IMG/VR virus record: IMGVR_UViG_3300044959_000303
Coordinates: 43,129-107,128 of that record
DNA length: 64,000 nt
Source of the DNA: a virus
Direction: 5' to 3' (one strand)
A model generated the notes under the pieces. That model was not told the origin of the DNA. It saw nothing but the letters and a program-made list of their open reading frames with translations, and did not search any database. Made by a program: the position numbers and the translations under genes. Below, one piece after another: positions 10,724-21,246 of the stretch. How positions within the stretch are numbered: the first letter of the stretch is position 1; each line of letters begins with the position of its first letter.

Positions 10724-12415
10724 ATGGTAAAATACAGAAAAAAAATTCAAGGAAATTACATTCAACAGGCAAAAAATTTTTCACGGACAAATTTTTTGAA
10801 TGCAAGCAATGATCTTGGTTTCAAATGGCAGAGTTATCTGCCTCTCATATATGCCGGACAACCTAAAAGAAGAGAAAGATACAATCAATACGATATAATG
10901 GATGCCGATCCGGAAATCAATGCTTCTCTCGATATCATTGCCGAATTCTGTACACAAACAGATCAACCGAACAATTTGCCATTTCGTATAAACACTTTCG
11001 AGTCCATGTCGGACACCGAAATGGAAATTATCAGAAGAAATTTGATAAAATGGACCAGAATCAACGAATTCGAAAGAAGATTGTTCAATATTTTTCGAAA
11101 TACCATAAAATATGGCGACCAGATATTCATAAAACATCCGAAAACCAAAAAATGGTTATGGATAGATCCGGCAAGAGTAGCATCGATAATTGTCAATTCG
11201 GCAAAAGGAAAAAAGCCCGAGTTTTATGTTGTCGAAGGGCTCGATGTAAATCTCGAAACTCTTGTAGCAACAACTCCTCCGCCTGCATATCAGCAGACGA
11301 CCGGCCTGGTGGCAAGATCTCCCGGTCCGGTAACTTACTCTTATCCCAGAATGGATTCGACATTGGGAAGATATACTGCACAAGCTACGCAACCAGCATT
11401 TATTGCAGCAGAAAACATCGTTCATATTTCATTGTCGGATGGCATGGACAACAATTGGCCTTTTGGCAATTCCATTCTCGAATCAGTGTACAAAGTTTTC
11501 AAACAGAAGGAACTTCTGGAAGACTCGATAATAATATATCGTGTACAAAGAGCACCGGAAAGAAGAGTTTTCTATATCGATGTCGGTGATATGTCACCGG
11601 CAATGGCAAATCAATATATCAATCGAATCAAAAATCAGATACATCAGAGAAGAATTCCTACCTTCAATGGTGGTGGTGAAAGTGTAATGTCAACGGCTTA
11701 CAATCCATTGTCGATACTCGAAGATTACTTTTTCGCACAAAGTGCAGACGGTAGAGGATCCAAGGTCGAAGTTCTTCCGGGCGGAGATCAACTTGGACAA
11801 ATCGACGATCTGATCTATTTCGACAGAAAATTGAGAAGAGGATTGAGAATTCCAAACGCCTATCTTCCCGGATCGACAGAAGAAGGCGGATCTTATAGTG
11901 ATGGCAAAGTCGGAACAGCATTCATACAGGAATTTCGTTTCAACAAATACTGTATGAGATTACAACAGGCAATAATTCAAAAATTCGATGAGGAATTCAA
12001 AAACTATATGAAAAGTTCCGGTGTAGAATTGAATTTCGATTCTTTTGAAATTCAATTTCACGAACCACAGAATTTCTCTCGTTATCGTCAAATTGAAATC
12101 GATAGTGCACAAGCTTCCGTGTTTACGTCACTTGCAGATATTCCGTATTTGAGCAAGAGATTTCTTATGAAAAGATTTCTGAATCTTTCCGATGAAGAAA
12201 TTTTCGAAAACGAGAGACTTTGGGAAGAAGAAAATGAAATCAAGGATGAAGATGATATCGACGATTTGAATGTGAATTTGCCGGACGTAGGTATACATTC
12301 GACAGATATGAATTATTCTGACAATCTGGAAACAGAAGAACCGGAAGAAGACGTAGAAGAAGTTCCCGAAGAAGAAAAAGTCGAAGAAGAAATAAAAAGT
12401 TCTTTTGAAAAATGA
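10724..12415 (+). CDS. gp20: Portal protein
   Basis: LEDSIIIYRVQRAPERRVFYIDVG, LEDYFFA, GSKVEVLPGG motifs. Confidence 0.96.
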   Translation: MVKYRKKIQGNYIQQAKNFSRTNFLNASNDLGFKWQSYLPLIYAGQPKRRERYNQYDIMDADPEINASLDIIAEFCTQTDQPNNLPFRINTFESMSDTEMEIIRRNLIKWTRINEFERRLFNIFRNTIKYGDQIFIKHPKTKKWLWIDPARVASIIVNSAKGKKPEFYVVEGLDVNLETLVATTPPPAYQQTTGLVARSPGPVTYSYPRMDSTLGRYTAQATQPAFIAAENIVHISLSDGMDNNWPFGNSILESVYKVFKQKELLEDSIIIYRVQRAPERRVFYIDVGDMSPAMANQYINRIKNQIHQRRIPTFNGGGESVMSTAYNPLSILEDYFFAQSADGRGSKVEVLPGGDQLGQIDDLIYFDRKLRRGLRIPNAYLPGSTEEGGSYSDGKVGTAFIQEFRFNKYCMRLQQAIIQKFDEEFKNYMKSSGVELNFDSFEIQFHEPQNFSRYRQIEIDSAQASVFTSLADIPYLSKRFLMKRFLNLSDEEIFENERLWEEENEIKDEDDIDDLNVNLPDVGIHSTDMNYSDNLETEEPEEDVEEVPEEEKVEEEIKSSFEK

Positions 12416-12609
12416 ACATGACAAAAAAACATTTCAATTGAATTCGACGAGTTCATGATTCGATTCGAAAAACAATAATTTTGTCATTTACGAAAATGTC
12501 TGTAATGTAATTTCTTTCGTAATTCGATCTGAAAAGTTTTCTCATGACAAATTCGGCAAAAAACAGAGACGATAAATAATAATACAATGATTTCAAAGGA
12601 TTTTTTTCA

Positions 12610-12807
12610 ATGAAAAACAAAAAGAATCTGAATGAATCTTTTTTCGATTTCAATATCGACATAAACTCGTCGAAATATTATTCGAATTTGACTTTGAGAA
12701 AAATAAACCGTTTGAGAAAAATTTCAATACTCAAAAAAGTCGAATTCAAGAAAAGAAGTAAACTTTTGAGAAAAATGTACGGCAAAGAGAGCGAAAATGC
12801 CTTATGA
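12610..12807 (+). CDS. Small basic protein downstream of portal
   Basis: ATAAATA at 12572; LTLRKINRLRK...RKMYG resembles small post-portal proteins of large T4-like phages. Confidence 0.6.
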   Translation: MKNKKNLNESFFDFNIDINSSKYYSNLTLRKINRLRKISILKKVEFKKRSKLLRKMYGKESENAL

Positions 12808-13663
12808 TACACTTGAAATTTCGAACAACAACATATCGATACTCAATTATGATCTGATTTACATATGTTCTGCTTTATGTCTTCTTTCGTACAAAGAAAA
12901 GAAGAACATGGAAGAAATAGAAGAAAAATTGAAAGAATTCGACGTGAAATTGTTGAAAATAATCGATAGAAAATCTTCGGAAGCATTCATTTTCGAAAAC
13001 AAAGATTATTATTTTCTGATTTTCACCGGAACAGAACTGAATGAAATCAATGACATATTGGCAGATTTGAAATTCGATTTCGTGAAAACGAAAGAAGGAA
13101 GAATTCATCGAGGAATTTACAAATACTATTCTTTATTGTCTTTTTCGATTTTGAAATATATGTTGAAACTACTGAAAGAAAACAGAAAACCGGTTGTGAT
13201 TGGTGGTCATAGTCTGGGGGGAGCCATGGCAGTTCTTGCTGCCATCGAAATTTCGAAAATTGCAGATTGTTATGTTGTCACTTTCGGGCAACCAAAACTT
13301 GGAGATTTGAGATTTGCCGAATATTATGAACAGAAATTGAATTATATCAGAATAGTAATAGATCGGGACATGATTCCAAAATTGCCTCCTTCTCTTTTTG
13401 GTTATTGTCATTTCGGTTTCAAGATGATTCTCGACACGAGAGAAGATTTGATGAATAAACATTTTCACAACTGTGTTGTCAATCTGAAAAATGATTTTTT
13501 GAATTTGATGATGTTTTTTTTATTCAATCTGAAATATTTCATGAAAAATTTGTTTTTCGACAAATTTCTTTTTCTGAAAAATCACAAAATGTCTTCTTAT
13601 CATTATTTCATCAAAAAGATGCAAAATCTTTTTCTGGTAATAAGAAAAAGTGATCTGGAGTAA
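12797..13663 (+). CDS. Class 3 lipase (alpha/beta hydrolase)
   Basis: FTGT, IHRG, GHSLGG nucleophile elbow, TFGQP, DMIPKLP, late His (NHKMSSY). Confidence 0.88.
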   Translation: MPYDTLEISNNNISILNYDLIYICSALCLLSYKEKKNMEEIEEKLKEFDVKLLKIIDRKSSEAFIFENKDYYFLIFTGTELNEINDILADLKFDFVKTKEGRIHRGIYKYYSLLSFSILKYMLKLLKENRKPVVIGGHSLGGAMAVLAAIEISKIADCYVVTFGQPKLGDLRFAEYYEQKLNYIRIVIDRDMIPKLPPSLFGYCHFGFKMILDTREDLMNKHFHNCVVNLKNDFLNLMMFFLFNLKYFMKNLFFDKFLFLKNHKMSSYHYFIKKMQNLFLVIRKSDLE

Positions 13664-13777
13664 AATAAAAGTACAAGAACATTATTATTTTTGAAAAAAT
13701 AAGTAAAAAATATACTTTTTTTGACGAAAAACATTAAATATAAATGTATAAAACCATATTCACTAGCGGAGTAAAAA

Positions 13778-14860
13778 ATGAGTAAAAGCAAATTAGAAAC
13801 AATCATGAATCTTTTAGCTGAAGGCAGGGAAGACGAAGCATCCACCATACTACACGAGTGGATAGTTGAAAAAAGCAGGGAAATTCACAAAAAATTGATC
13901 GAAGAAGACGAATCGATGGAAGAACATGATTATGATGATATCGATGAAAAAATCGAAAATCTCAGAGCTGAGATGCACGATGAAATAGAAAAATTGAAAG
14001 ATGAGTTGGAAGATATTCTTGCAAAAGATCATGATGAAGAAATGAATTCCGAAGAAGGAGAAGAAGTTGAAGGCGAAGAAGTTGAAGGCGAAGAAGATTA
14101 TTCTGATGTCGACGATATTGCAGACAAAATGACTTCCGATGATGAAGAAATGAATTCCGAAGAAGGCGAAGAAGGCGAAGAAGGCGAAGAAGTTGAAGAC
14201 GAAGAAGATTATTCTGATGTCGACGATATTGCAGACAAAATGACTTCCGATGATGAAGGAATGGATTCCGAAGAAGATGAACGTGAAGAAGATGAACGTG
14301 AAGAAGATAAAGAAGATGAAAAACGTAATATGGTGGAACGTGTTCACAAACATGAAAAAGAAATGAAAAATATCGAAGAAACAACAAAAAAACCTGAAGA
14401 AGACGAAATCGACGAACTTTTGAAAACGATAGAAAAAGAATTGAATGAAAAAGATGACGATGAAAGTGAAGTCGATACTTCATCTCTTACTCCGGAAGAA
14501 ATGGAAAAATTCCTGAAAGAATTGAATATTTCCGAACTGGAGGAAGCTTATGAAATGTTGAATGTAAATTTTCATCCAACCGAGGGTGAAGTTGGAAGCG
14601 GAAAAAAGAATGCCGTTGGAAATACACAAAGTCCTCTTCCTCATATGAGTGCCGATGAAAGATTGAATGTATCGAATCGTGGAATTCGGTACAAACAATC
14701 TTCTCACGTTGGTTTCAACAGAGAACCTGCACCAAAAGCAGAGATTTTCAGTCAGGCGAAGAAATCGAAAAGTGTAGTCAAAAGTGCCTCTGAATTTTAC
14801 AGTCCGACAAAAGGCAATTCAGATGCCATTTTGACAAAAGATTATTCTGACGAAAAATAA
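13778..14860 (+). CDS. Acidic prohead core protein
   Basis: N-terminal EASTILHEWIVEKSREI, very acidic, located between portal and protease; RBS GGAG and TAAATA upstream. Confidence 0.7.
   Translation: MSKSKLETIMNLLAEGREDEASTILHEWIVEKSREIHKKLIEEDESMEEHDYDDIDEKIENLRAEMHDEIEKLKDELEDILAKDHDEEMNSEEGEEVEGEEVEGEEDYSDVDDIADKMTSDDEEMNSEEGEEGEEGEEVEDEEDYSDVDDIADKMTSDDEGMDSEEDEREEDEREEDKEDEKRNMVERVHKHEKEMKNIEETTKKPEEDEIDELLKTIEKELNEKDDDESEVDTSSLTPEEMEKFLKELNISELEEAYEMLNVNFHPTEGEVGSGKKNAVGNTQSPLPHMSADERLNVSNRGIRYKQSSHVGFNREPAPKAEIFSQAKKSKSVVKSASEFYSPTKGNSDAILTKDYSDEK
14033..14280 (+). repeat. In-frame tandem duplication (about 108-111 bp, 2.3 copies) in the prohead core gene
   Basis: DEEMNSEEG...EEDYSDVDDIADKMTSD repeated with near-identical DNA. 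Confidence 0.9.
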
Positions 14861-14880
14861 TAAAGTAAAAAATAACAAAA

Positions 14881-14908
14881 GAGTGTCGGGGAAATTTCCC
14901 CGACACTC
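14881..14908. promoter_or_regulatory. Perfect 28-bp palindrome upstream of gp21
   Basis: GAGTGTCGGGGAAATTTCCCCGACACTC; no U-tract on the coding strand. Confidence 0.7.
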
Positions 14909-14936
14909 GGCCCTGAAAAGGGAAAGGAGTTGAATT

Positions 14937-15587
14937 ATGAACAATATGATACTTACAGAAAGAATCAATTGGAACGATGCCAGAATACAAATTGAAAACA
15001 CAGATGAAAATGGTAAGAAAAATCTTTTTCTGAAAGGAATTTGCATACAGGGAGATGTCAAAAATCACAATGGCAGAATATATCCTTCCGAAGAAATAAG
15101 AAAAGCAGTCAAACAGATCAACGATCTGGTTTCTCGTGGTGAATCGGTTTTCGGAGAAGCAGATCATCCTGACACATTGAATATAAATCTCGACAGAATT
15201 TCACATATGGTTGTCGAAATGTGGATGGATGGTTCCAACGGTTGCGGAAAACTGAAAATTATCGATACACCTATGGGAAATATAGTGAAAGCAATAATAA
15301 GTAGCGGTGGAAAACTTGGTGTTTCCTCACGAGGAAGTGGCAACGTCGATTCATATACCGGAAGAGTAAGCGATTTCGAGATAGTCACGATAGATATCGT
15401 TGCCAGACCAAGTGCTCCAGATGCTTTTCCGACCCCTGTATATGAAAGAAGAATCATAGATTTGTTGAATTCCAGAAGAGGAAATATCATCGAAGATTTG
15501 TCTTTCAACTACGAGAAAGATAAAAGAGCCAAAGAATTATTGAAAAAAGAGATAAAAAATTGGTTATCGAAAATTATCGATAAATAA
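14937..15587 (+). CDS. gp21: Prohead protease
   Basis: NHNGRIYP, GEADHP, ISH, GVSSRGSG, DIVARPSAP. Confidence 0.95.
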   Translation: MNNMILTERINWNDARIQIENTDENGKKNLFLKGICIQGDVKNHNGRIYPSEEIRKAVKQINDLVSRGESVFGEADHPDTLNINLDRISHMVVEMWMDGSNGCGKLKIIDTPMGNIVKAIISSGGKLGVSSRGSGNVDSYTGRVSDFEIVTIDIVARPSAPDAFPTPVYERRIIDLLNSRRGNIIEDLSFNYEKDKRAKELLKKEIKNWLSKIIDK

Positions 15588-15629
15588 AGGTAAAGCAAAG
15601 GTAAAGCAAAGGTAATGCAAAGGCAAAGT
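15586..15629 (+). repeat. Four 11-bp tandem repeats (AAAGGTAAAGC) in the gp22 leader
   Basis: Directly follows ATAAATA at 15580-15586. Confidence 0.8.
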
Positions 15630-15667
15630 AAATGCGGTATCAAAAATGAATACAAGGAGATAATAAT

Positions 15668-17014
15668 ATGAGTGATTTGAAATCATTATTAGAAAATACC
15701 GCGCTGAAGGGTATAGACAAAAATCTTCAAGATGCCCTGTTAGAAGCGTGGGAAGAAACAAAAAGAGAAGCAGAAGAAAAAGTAAGAAAGGAACTTGTCG
15801 AAAGATACGAGCACGATAAAGCACAACTCATAGAAACAATGGACAAGTTCTTTTCACAAGCTCTTGAGAAAGAAGTAGCAACTTTCGAAAATACAAAGAA
15901 ACAATTGAAAGAAGATTACAAGAATACAATTTTGGAACTTTCGAGAAAAGTCGACGAAGCAAAATCATTTGTTCGGGAAACTCTTCGAAAAGAGATCGAC
16001 GAACTGAAAAAAGAAAAAGAAAATCTTGCCAAAGAGAGAGTTCTTCTGCAAAAGAAAATAATGAATGCAAAGAAAGAAGTAAGGGAACAGTTCGACAGAA
16101 ATGTCGAAACATTGGAAAATTTTGTCAAAGAAAAACTTGCCAGGGAAATTGAAGAATTTGTCGAAGACAAGAAGAAATTGAAAGAACAATACGAAAACCT
16201 GAAAAGAAAAATGTATGAAAAAGAGAAGAAATTGAAAGAAGATCATTTCAGAAGAATTTCCACACTGGAGAAATTTGTAGTTGAAAATCTCGAAAAAGAA
16301 CTGAAAGAGTTTCAACGGGACAAAAAACTTCTCGAAAGAAGAAGAGTTGAACTCGAAGCTCATGCTGCCAGAAAACTTCATGAAACAAGAAAAATGTTCA
16401 TTGCCAAGGCAGCATCGGCTGTCGATAGAGTTGTGTCGGAACATGTCGAAAATGAATTGAGACAATTGAAAGAAGATTTGAAAGTTGCAAGAGAAAACAA
16501 TTTTGGTAGAAAAATCTTCGAAGCTTTCGCTCATGAGTATATGGCTTCCTATCTTTCGGAAGGAAGCAAAGTCAAAGAATTGACGAAAAATCTCGAAGAA
16601 ATGAACCGAAAGCTCGCCGAGGCTTACAATTCATTGAAAGAAAAAGAAAAGAAATCGAACATTCTTGAACATAAATTACAGAAACTTGAAGAATCTCTGA
16701 AAAGAGAGAAAACAATCAATCGATTGATTGCACCACTTTCTGTAAAACAGAAGAAAATCATGAGAAATCTTCTCGAAGAAGTCGAAACTTCGAGACTCGA
16801 AGAAGCTTTTTCGAGATATCTCGATACTGTTTTACAGGAAACTTCCGACAAAGATGAGAAAATTACCAGCAAAGCATTGTTCGAAAATTCTTTCGATGAA
16901 AGAAAGAATTTGATCACCGGTGACAAGGAAACATCTTTGTTGGAAGGAAACGAAACCAACGATTCGAATATAATCGAGGTAATTACACTCAAAAAACTAG
17001 CAGGTATCAACTGA
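15668..17014 (+). CDS. gp22: Prohead scaffold protein
   Basis: Coiled coil, ARENNFGRKIFEAF, ends LKKLAGI; immediately upstream of the capsid gene. Confidence 0.88.
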   Translation: MSDLKSLLENTALKGIDKNLQDALLEAWEETKREAEEKVRKELVERYEHDKAQLIETMDKFFSQALEKEVATFENTKKQLKEDYKNTILELSRKVDEAKSFVRETLRKEIDELKKEKENLAKERVLLQKKIMNAKKEVREQFDRNVETLENFVKEKLAREIEEFVEDKKKLKEQYENLKRKMYEKEKKLKEDHFRRISTLEKFVVENLEKELKEFQRDKKLLERRRVELEAHAARKLHETRKMFIAKAASAVDRVVSEHVENELRQLKEDLKVARENNFGRKIFEAFAHEYMASYLSEGSKVKELTKNLEEMNRKLAEAYNSLKEKEKKSNILEHKLQKLEESLKREKTINRLIAPLSVKQKKIMRNLLEEVETSRLEEAFSRYLDTVLQETSDKDEKITSKALFENSFDERKNLITGDKETSLLEGNETNDSNIIEVITLKKLAGIN

Positions 17015-17047
17015 TTTCAGTTGAAAAAAAAGAAGGAGAACAATTAA

Positions 17048-18268
17048 ATGCGAGAACTATTATCTGAATCGAAATGGAAAGCCACGAAAGAAGCACTTCT
17101 CGATGGCTTGACCGGAAACAGAAGAAAAGTTATGGACGTCTGCCTTGAAAATACAAGAAAAGATATGATTTCTCGGGCAGCTCTTTATGGTGCTGGTGTT
17201 CCTCTTATGGAAACAGCAACTGCTGGTGCAACAGCATCGGGCAATATCGCAACATTGAACAAGGTCATTCTACCAGTCATTCGACGCGTCATGCCTACGG
17301 TCATTGCCAATGAAATCATTGGTGTTCAACCAATGACCGGACCTGTTGCCCAGATTCACACACTCAGAGTTCGTTATGCCGATACCGTTCCAGCAGCTGG
17401 TGGTGGTGTAACGGCAGGTACCGAAGCTCTTGGACCATTCGACATAGCACGTTACTACTCGGGTAACGAAAATCCCGCAAGTCCAAAAGCTGCACCAACA
17501 TCTACACTTGAAGGTACACCCGGCAATCGTCTGAGCATTCAGATTCTGAAAGAAACCGTCGAAGCCAGAAGCCGTCGTCTTTCTGCTCGTTGGACTTTCG
17601 AAGCAGCACAAGATGCCATGGCACAGCAGGGTATCGACATAGAGGCTGAGATCATGGCAGCCCTTGCTCAGGAAATTACGGCAGAAATCGATCAGGAAAT
17701 TCTGACTTCGCTTCGTGCTCTTCCAACCACGGCATTGACCTATGATCAGGGTCTGGTCAGTGGTACAGCAACATTCGTTGGTGACGAACATGCTGCTTTA
17801 GCAGTTCTCATCAACAGACAGGCCAACCTGATTGCAGCCCGTACCCGTAGAGGTGCTGGTAACTGGGTAATTGTCAGCCCGACAGCTCTCACGATACTGC
17901 AGAGCGCAACAACTTCGACATTCGCACGTACAACCGAAGGTGTTTTCGAAGCACCAACAAACACCAAGTTCGTAGGTGTTTTGAACAGCAGCATGAGAGT
18001 CTATGTCGACCAATATGCTTCGGACAATACTCCAGTTCTGGTTGGTTATAAAGGTCCCGGTGAAGTAGATGCGGCTGCCTACTACTGCCCATACATTCCT
18101 CTGACAAGCAGCGGTATCGTACCAGATCCAAGAACCTTCGAGCTCGTTGTATCCTTCCTTACACGTTATGGATACATCGAACTCAAAAACACTGCATCAT
18201 CGCTCGGTAATGCAGCTGACTATCTTGGATTGATCAATATCAATACCGCAAATCTGAAGTTCTTGTAA
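17048..18268 (+). CDS. gp23: Major capsid protein
   Basis: ILPVIRRVMP, GVQPMTGP, SRRLSARWT, EITAEIDQE, YYCPYIPL, FLTRYG; probable L-M-E cleavage site. Confidence 0.97.
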   Translation: MRELLSESKWKATKEALLDGLTGNRRKVMDVCLENTRKDMISRAALYGAGVPLMETATAGATASGNIATLNKVILPVIRRVMPTVIANEIIGVQPMTGPVAQIHTLRVRYADTVPAAGGGVTAGTEALGPFDIARYYSGNENPASPKAAPTSTLEGTPGNRLSIQILKETVEARSRRLSARWTFEAAQDAMAQQGIDIEAEIMAALAQEITAEIDQEILTSLRALPTTALTYDQGLVSGTATFVGDEHAALAVLINRQANLIAARTRRGAGNWVIVSPTALTILQSATTSTFARTTEGVFEAPTNTKFVGVLNSSMRVYVDQYASDNTPVLVGYKGPGEVDAAAYYCPYIPLTSSGIVPDPRTFELVVSFLTRYGYIELKNTASSLGNAADYLGLININTANLKFL

Positions 18269-18296
18269 CAAAGTTCCAGAACTCTTCTTCACACAC

Positions 18297-18330
18297 AGAA
18301 AGCCCGGAAATTTTCCGGGCTTTCTTTTTT
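18297..18330 (+). terminator. Intrinsic terminator after gp23
   Basis: AGAAAGCCCGGAA/TTCCGGGCTTTCT stem followed by a T run. Confidence 0.85.
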
Positions 18331-18351
18331 GCTTTTTCTGTTTGTATTTTT

Positions 18352-19629
18352 TCACTTTTTTACCCATAATTCGTATCCTGCATCGAAAATGACATCTTTG
18401 CAATTCCCGAACTTTCTTCTTTTTCTCGTTACATAATCCGTATACCATTTTTTCGGGGGAATTTCGGCAAGTTTCACAAAATCATTTTGCCGAAGAAATT
18501 CATCCCCGGGATGAAATCGGTTATCGATGAGAAGTTTTTCCGATTTCATGTTCAGGAAGAAAAAATTTCGATCCAGAAATCCTCGAATTGTTTTTTTCAT
18601 TCGTTTTTTCGAAAAATTCCATTCGTCTTCGAATATTTGCAGAAGAAGAATGTTTCGATTTTTTGCCTCGATATATTTTTTGTAATGGTACAATTCGTCT
18701 TTCTGATTACAGCAGGAATGCCAGTACAAACCATGAAATTCGATTCCGATACCATATTCCGGAATCAGTATGTCTATTTCGTGTTTTTCGAGAATGTTTC
18801 TTTTTCTCGATTCTGTTTTCAGATTTCTTTCGGAAAGAAATTTACGAATTTCCACTTCGTACGAAGAAAAATATTTTTTTCTGAGATTGTATTCGACGGC
18901 TCTTCTTTGAACGGAACATATGTTGACATTGAAATATTTCGAAATTTCTCTTTCATTTCCATGAAATTTTTCATATATTTCCGGAAAGAAATTTTCCCAA
19001 TCATCGAGGTTCGAAATGTGTTTTTTTGCCGTATTGTATACACCATATTTTTTCAGATTTGTCGATTTTATTCTGTTTTTTATTTTTTCACTTTTTGTCG
19101 GATTGTCCACTCCATATTTTTCCAGAATTTTTTTTCTTGCCCGATTTCTTATTTCCTCGCTTTTCATTGGATTGTCGATACCATATCGTTTCAACCATGT
19201 TTTTTTCTTTTTGTCATGAACATTTCTGTTTTGTGATGGATTTTCGACACCATATTTCTTCATCAATGTTTCTTTTATTCTGCTTTTTACAATATCCGAA
19301 GAAAAAGGATTGGCAACTCCGTATTTTTTCAAATTCGTGTTCTTTATTTTTTCTTTTATGATCTGTTTGCATTCTTCACAGTTGTTCACGTTTTCCGAAT
19401 GGTAACCTTTCGGCAAACTCAGGAATTTTCTTTTGTAACCATGCGAACAGTAGGGATTTTCTTCGAAAAGATAGTAGTGAATTTTTTCGACGAAATCGAC
19501 GTGTTCTGGAAATTTCCAGAAATCTTGAATATCTTTTCTGTACTCTTCCATATTTTTCATTTTTGTCACAAAAACATTGACTCGATATTTCGAATAAAAT
19601 TCATGTATTTCCCGATAATATTTTTTCAT
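18352..19629 (-). CDS. Putative homing endonuclease with KKYGVxNP repeats and a Vsr/PD-(D/E)xK-like domain
   Basis: Repeated KKYGVENP; EIDILIPEYGIGIEFHGLYWHS; LLQIFEDEW. Confidence 0.78.
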   Translation of the reverse strand: MKKYYREIHEFYSKYRVNVFVTKMKNMEEYRKDIQDFWKFPEHVDFVEKIHYYLFEENPYCSHGYKRKFLSLPKGYHSENVNNCEECKQIIKEKIKNTNLKKYGVANPFSSDIVKSRIKETLMKKYGVENPSQNRNVHDKKKKTWLKRYGIDNPMKSEEIRNRARKKILEKYGVDNPTKSEKIKNRIKSTNLKKYGVYNTAKKHISNLDDWENFFPEIYEKFHGNEREISKYFNVNICSVQRRAVEYNLRKKYFSSYEVEIRKFLSERNLKTESRKRNILEKHEIDILIPEYGIGIEFHGLYWHSCCNQKDELYHYKKYIEAKNRNILLLQIFEDEWNFSKKRMKKTIRGFLDRNFFFLNMKSEKLLIDNRFHPGDEFLRQNDFVKLAEIPPKKWYTDYVTRKRRKFGNCKDVIFDAGYELWVKK

Positions 19630-19704
19630 GTTTCTTCGATTTTTTTTCGATTCATTGTAAAAACAATTCGAAAAAACAACAATTTTTTCGAATTGTTTTT
19701 TTTT

Positions 19705-21069
19705 TCAGAATTTTCGAATCCACAATTCGTATCCTGCATCGAAAATCACATCTTTGCAATTCCCGAACTTTCTTCTTTTTCTCGTTACATAATCCGTATA
19801 CCATTTTTTCGGGGGAATTTCGGCAAGTTTCACAAAATCATTTTGCCGAAGAAATTCATCCCCGGGATGAAATCGGTTATCGATGAGAAGTTTTTTCGAG
19901 GTTGTATCGATCGTATCGATGAAGAAGAAATTTCGATAGAGAAACGCTTTCAATATTTCCCGAATTTTTTCCCGAGAAAAATTCCATTCGTCTTCGAATA
20001 TTTGCAGAAGAACAATATTTCGATTTTTTGCTTCCATATATTTCCTGTAATGATAGAATTTGTCTTTTTTGTTGTTGAAAGAATGCCAGTACAATCCGTG
20101 AAACTCGATTCCGATACCATATTCCGGAATCAGTATGTCTATTTCGCTTCCATTCAGAATATTCCGGTTTCGAAATTCGAAACTTATTTCGTTTTCAGCG
20201 AGAAATTCACCAATTTCTTTTTCATAGGAAGAAAACGAAACAAATTTTTCCCTGAGACCACATTTCAAAGCTCTTTTGCGAATCGTGGAAATATCGACAG
20301 AGAAATATTTCGAAATTTCTCTTTCGTTACCATGAAATTTCTCGTAAATTTCCGAAAAAGAATTTTCCCAATCATCGAGATTCGAAATGTGTTTTTTCAC
20401 GTGATTGTCAGTTCCGTATTTCTGCAACCATGTTTTTTTTCTTTTTTCGAGAATTTCGATACAAGAAAAAGGATGTTCCGTTCCGTATTTTTTCAACCAT
20501 GTTTCTTTTCTTTTCTTTCGAAAGAATTCGAAACACGAAGGATTTTCGACTCCATATCTTTCTTTTGTCGTTTTCGTTTTCCTGTTTTTCACAGTGTCCA
20601 GAAGAGAAGGATTTTCGACTCCATATTTTTTTTGTAATGTTTCTCTTATTCTTTTTTTCACGATTTCCGAAGAAAATGGATTTTTACAACCGTATTTTCG
20701 AATATTCGTTTTTTCTTTTCTGTTTTTCACTTCCTGTGAAGAAGCCGGATTTTTGCAACCATATTTTTTCAAATTTGTCCTTTCTCTTTTTTCTTCGATG
20801 ATTTTCTTGCATTTTTCACATTTTTTGACCTGTTCCGACAGATAACCTTTTTTCAAACCATGAAAGGTTCTTTTGAAACCATGAAGACAATATGGATTTT
20901 CTTCGAACAGATAATAATGAACTTTTTCGACAAATTCGACATTTTCCGGAAATTTCCAGAAATTCTCGATTTCTTTTCTGAATTTTTCGTTGTTTTTTAC
21001 TTTTCTTACAAAAATTGCGGTTTTACAATTCGAATATATGTCATGTATTTCTTCATGATATTTTTTCAT
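19705..21069 (-). CDS. Putative homing endonuclease, tandem paralog of 18352..19629
   Basis: Same architecture; about 170 bp at the 3' end nearly identical to the neighbour. Confidence 0.78.
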   Translation of the reverse strand: MKKYHEEIHDIYSNCKTAIFVRKVKNNEKFRKEIENFWKFPENVEFVEKVHYYLFEENPYCLHGFKRTFHGLKKGYLSEQVKKCEKCKKIIEEKRERTNLKKYGCKNPASSQEVKNRKEKTNIRKYGCKNPFSSEIVKKRIRETLQKKYGVENPSLLDTVKNRKTKTTKERYGVENPSCFEFFRKKRKETWLKKYGTEHPFSCIEILEKRKKTWLQKYGTDNHVKKHISNLDDWENSFSEIYEKFHGNEREISKYFSVDISTIRKRALKCGLREKFVSFSSYEKEIGEFLAENEISFEFRNRNILNGSEIDILIPEYGIGIEFHGLYWHSFNNKKDKFYHYRKYMEAKNRNIVLLQIFEDEWNFSREKIREILKAFLYRNFFFIDTIDTTSKKLLIDNRFHPGDEFLRQNDFVKLAEIPPKKWYTDYVTRKRRKFGNCKDVIFDAGYELWIRKF

Positions 21070-21192
21070 GATGTTTTTCGAAAAATTTTTGAATGATTTT
21101 TTTCGGTGATTTCGAAGTTCCCGATCTTTCCGATATACATTGTAAACGAAAATGTAATTTTTCGAACAAAAAAATTCGAATTTCGATTTTCC

Positions 21193-21225
21193 AAAAGAAA
21201 AGGCGGTAAGAAATTACCGCCTTTT
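21193..21225 (-). terminator. Intrinsic terminator after gp19
   Basis: AAAAGGCGGTAA/TTACCGCCTTTT stem with U-tract on the minus strand. Confidence 0.8.
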
Positions 21226-21246
21226 CCGTATAAACCATATTCACTA

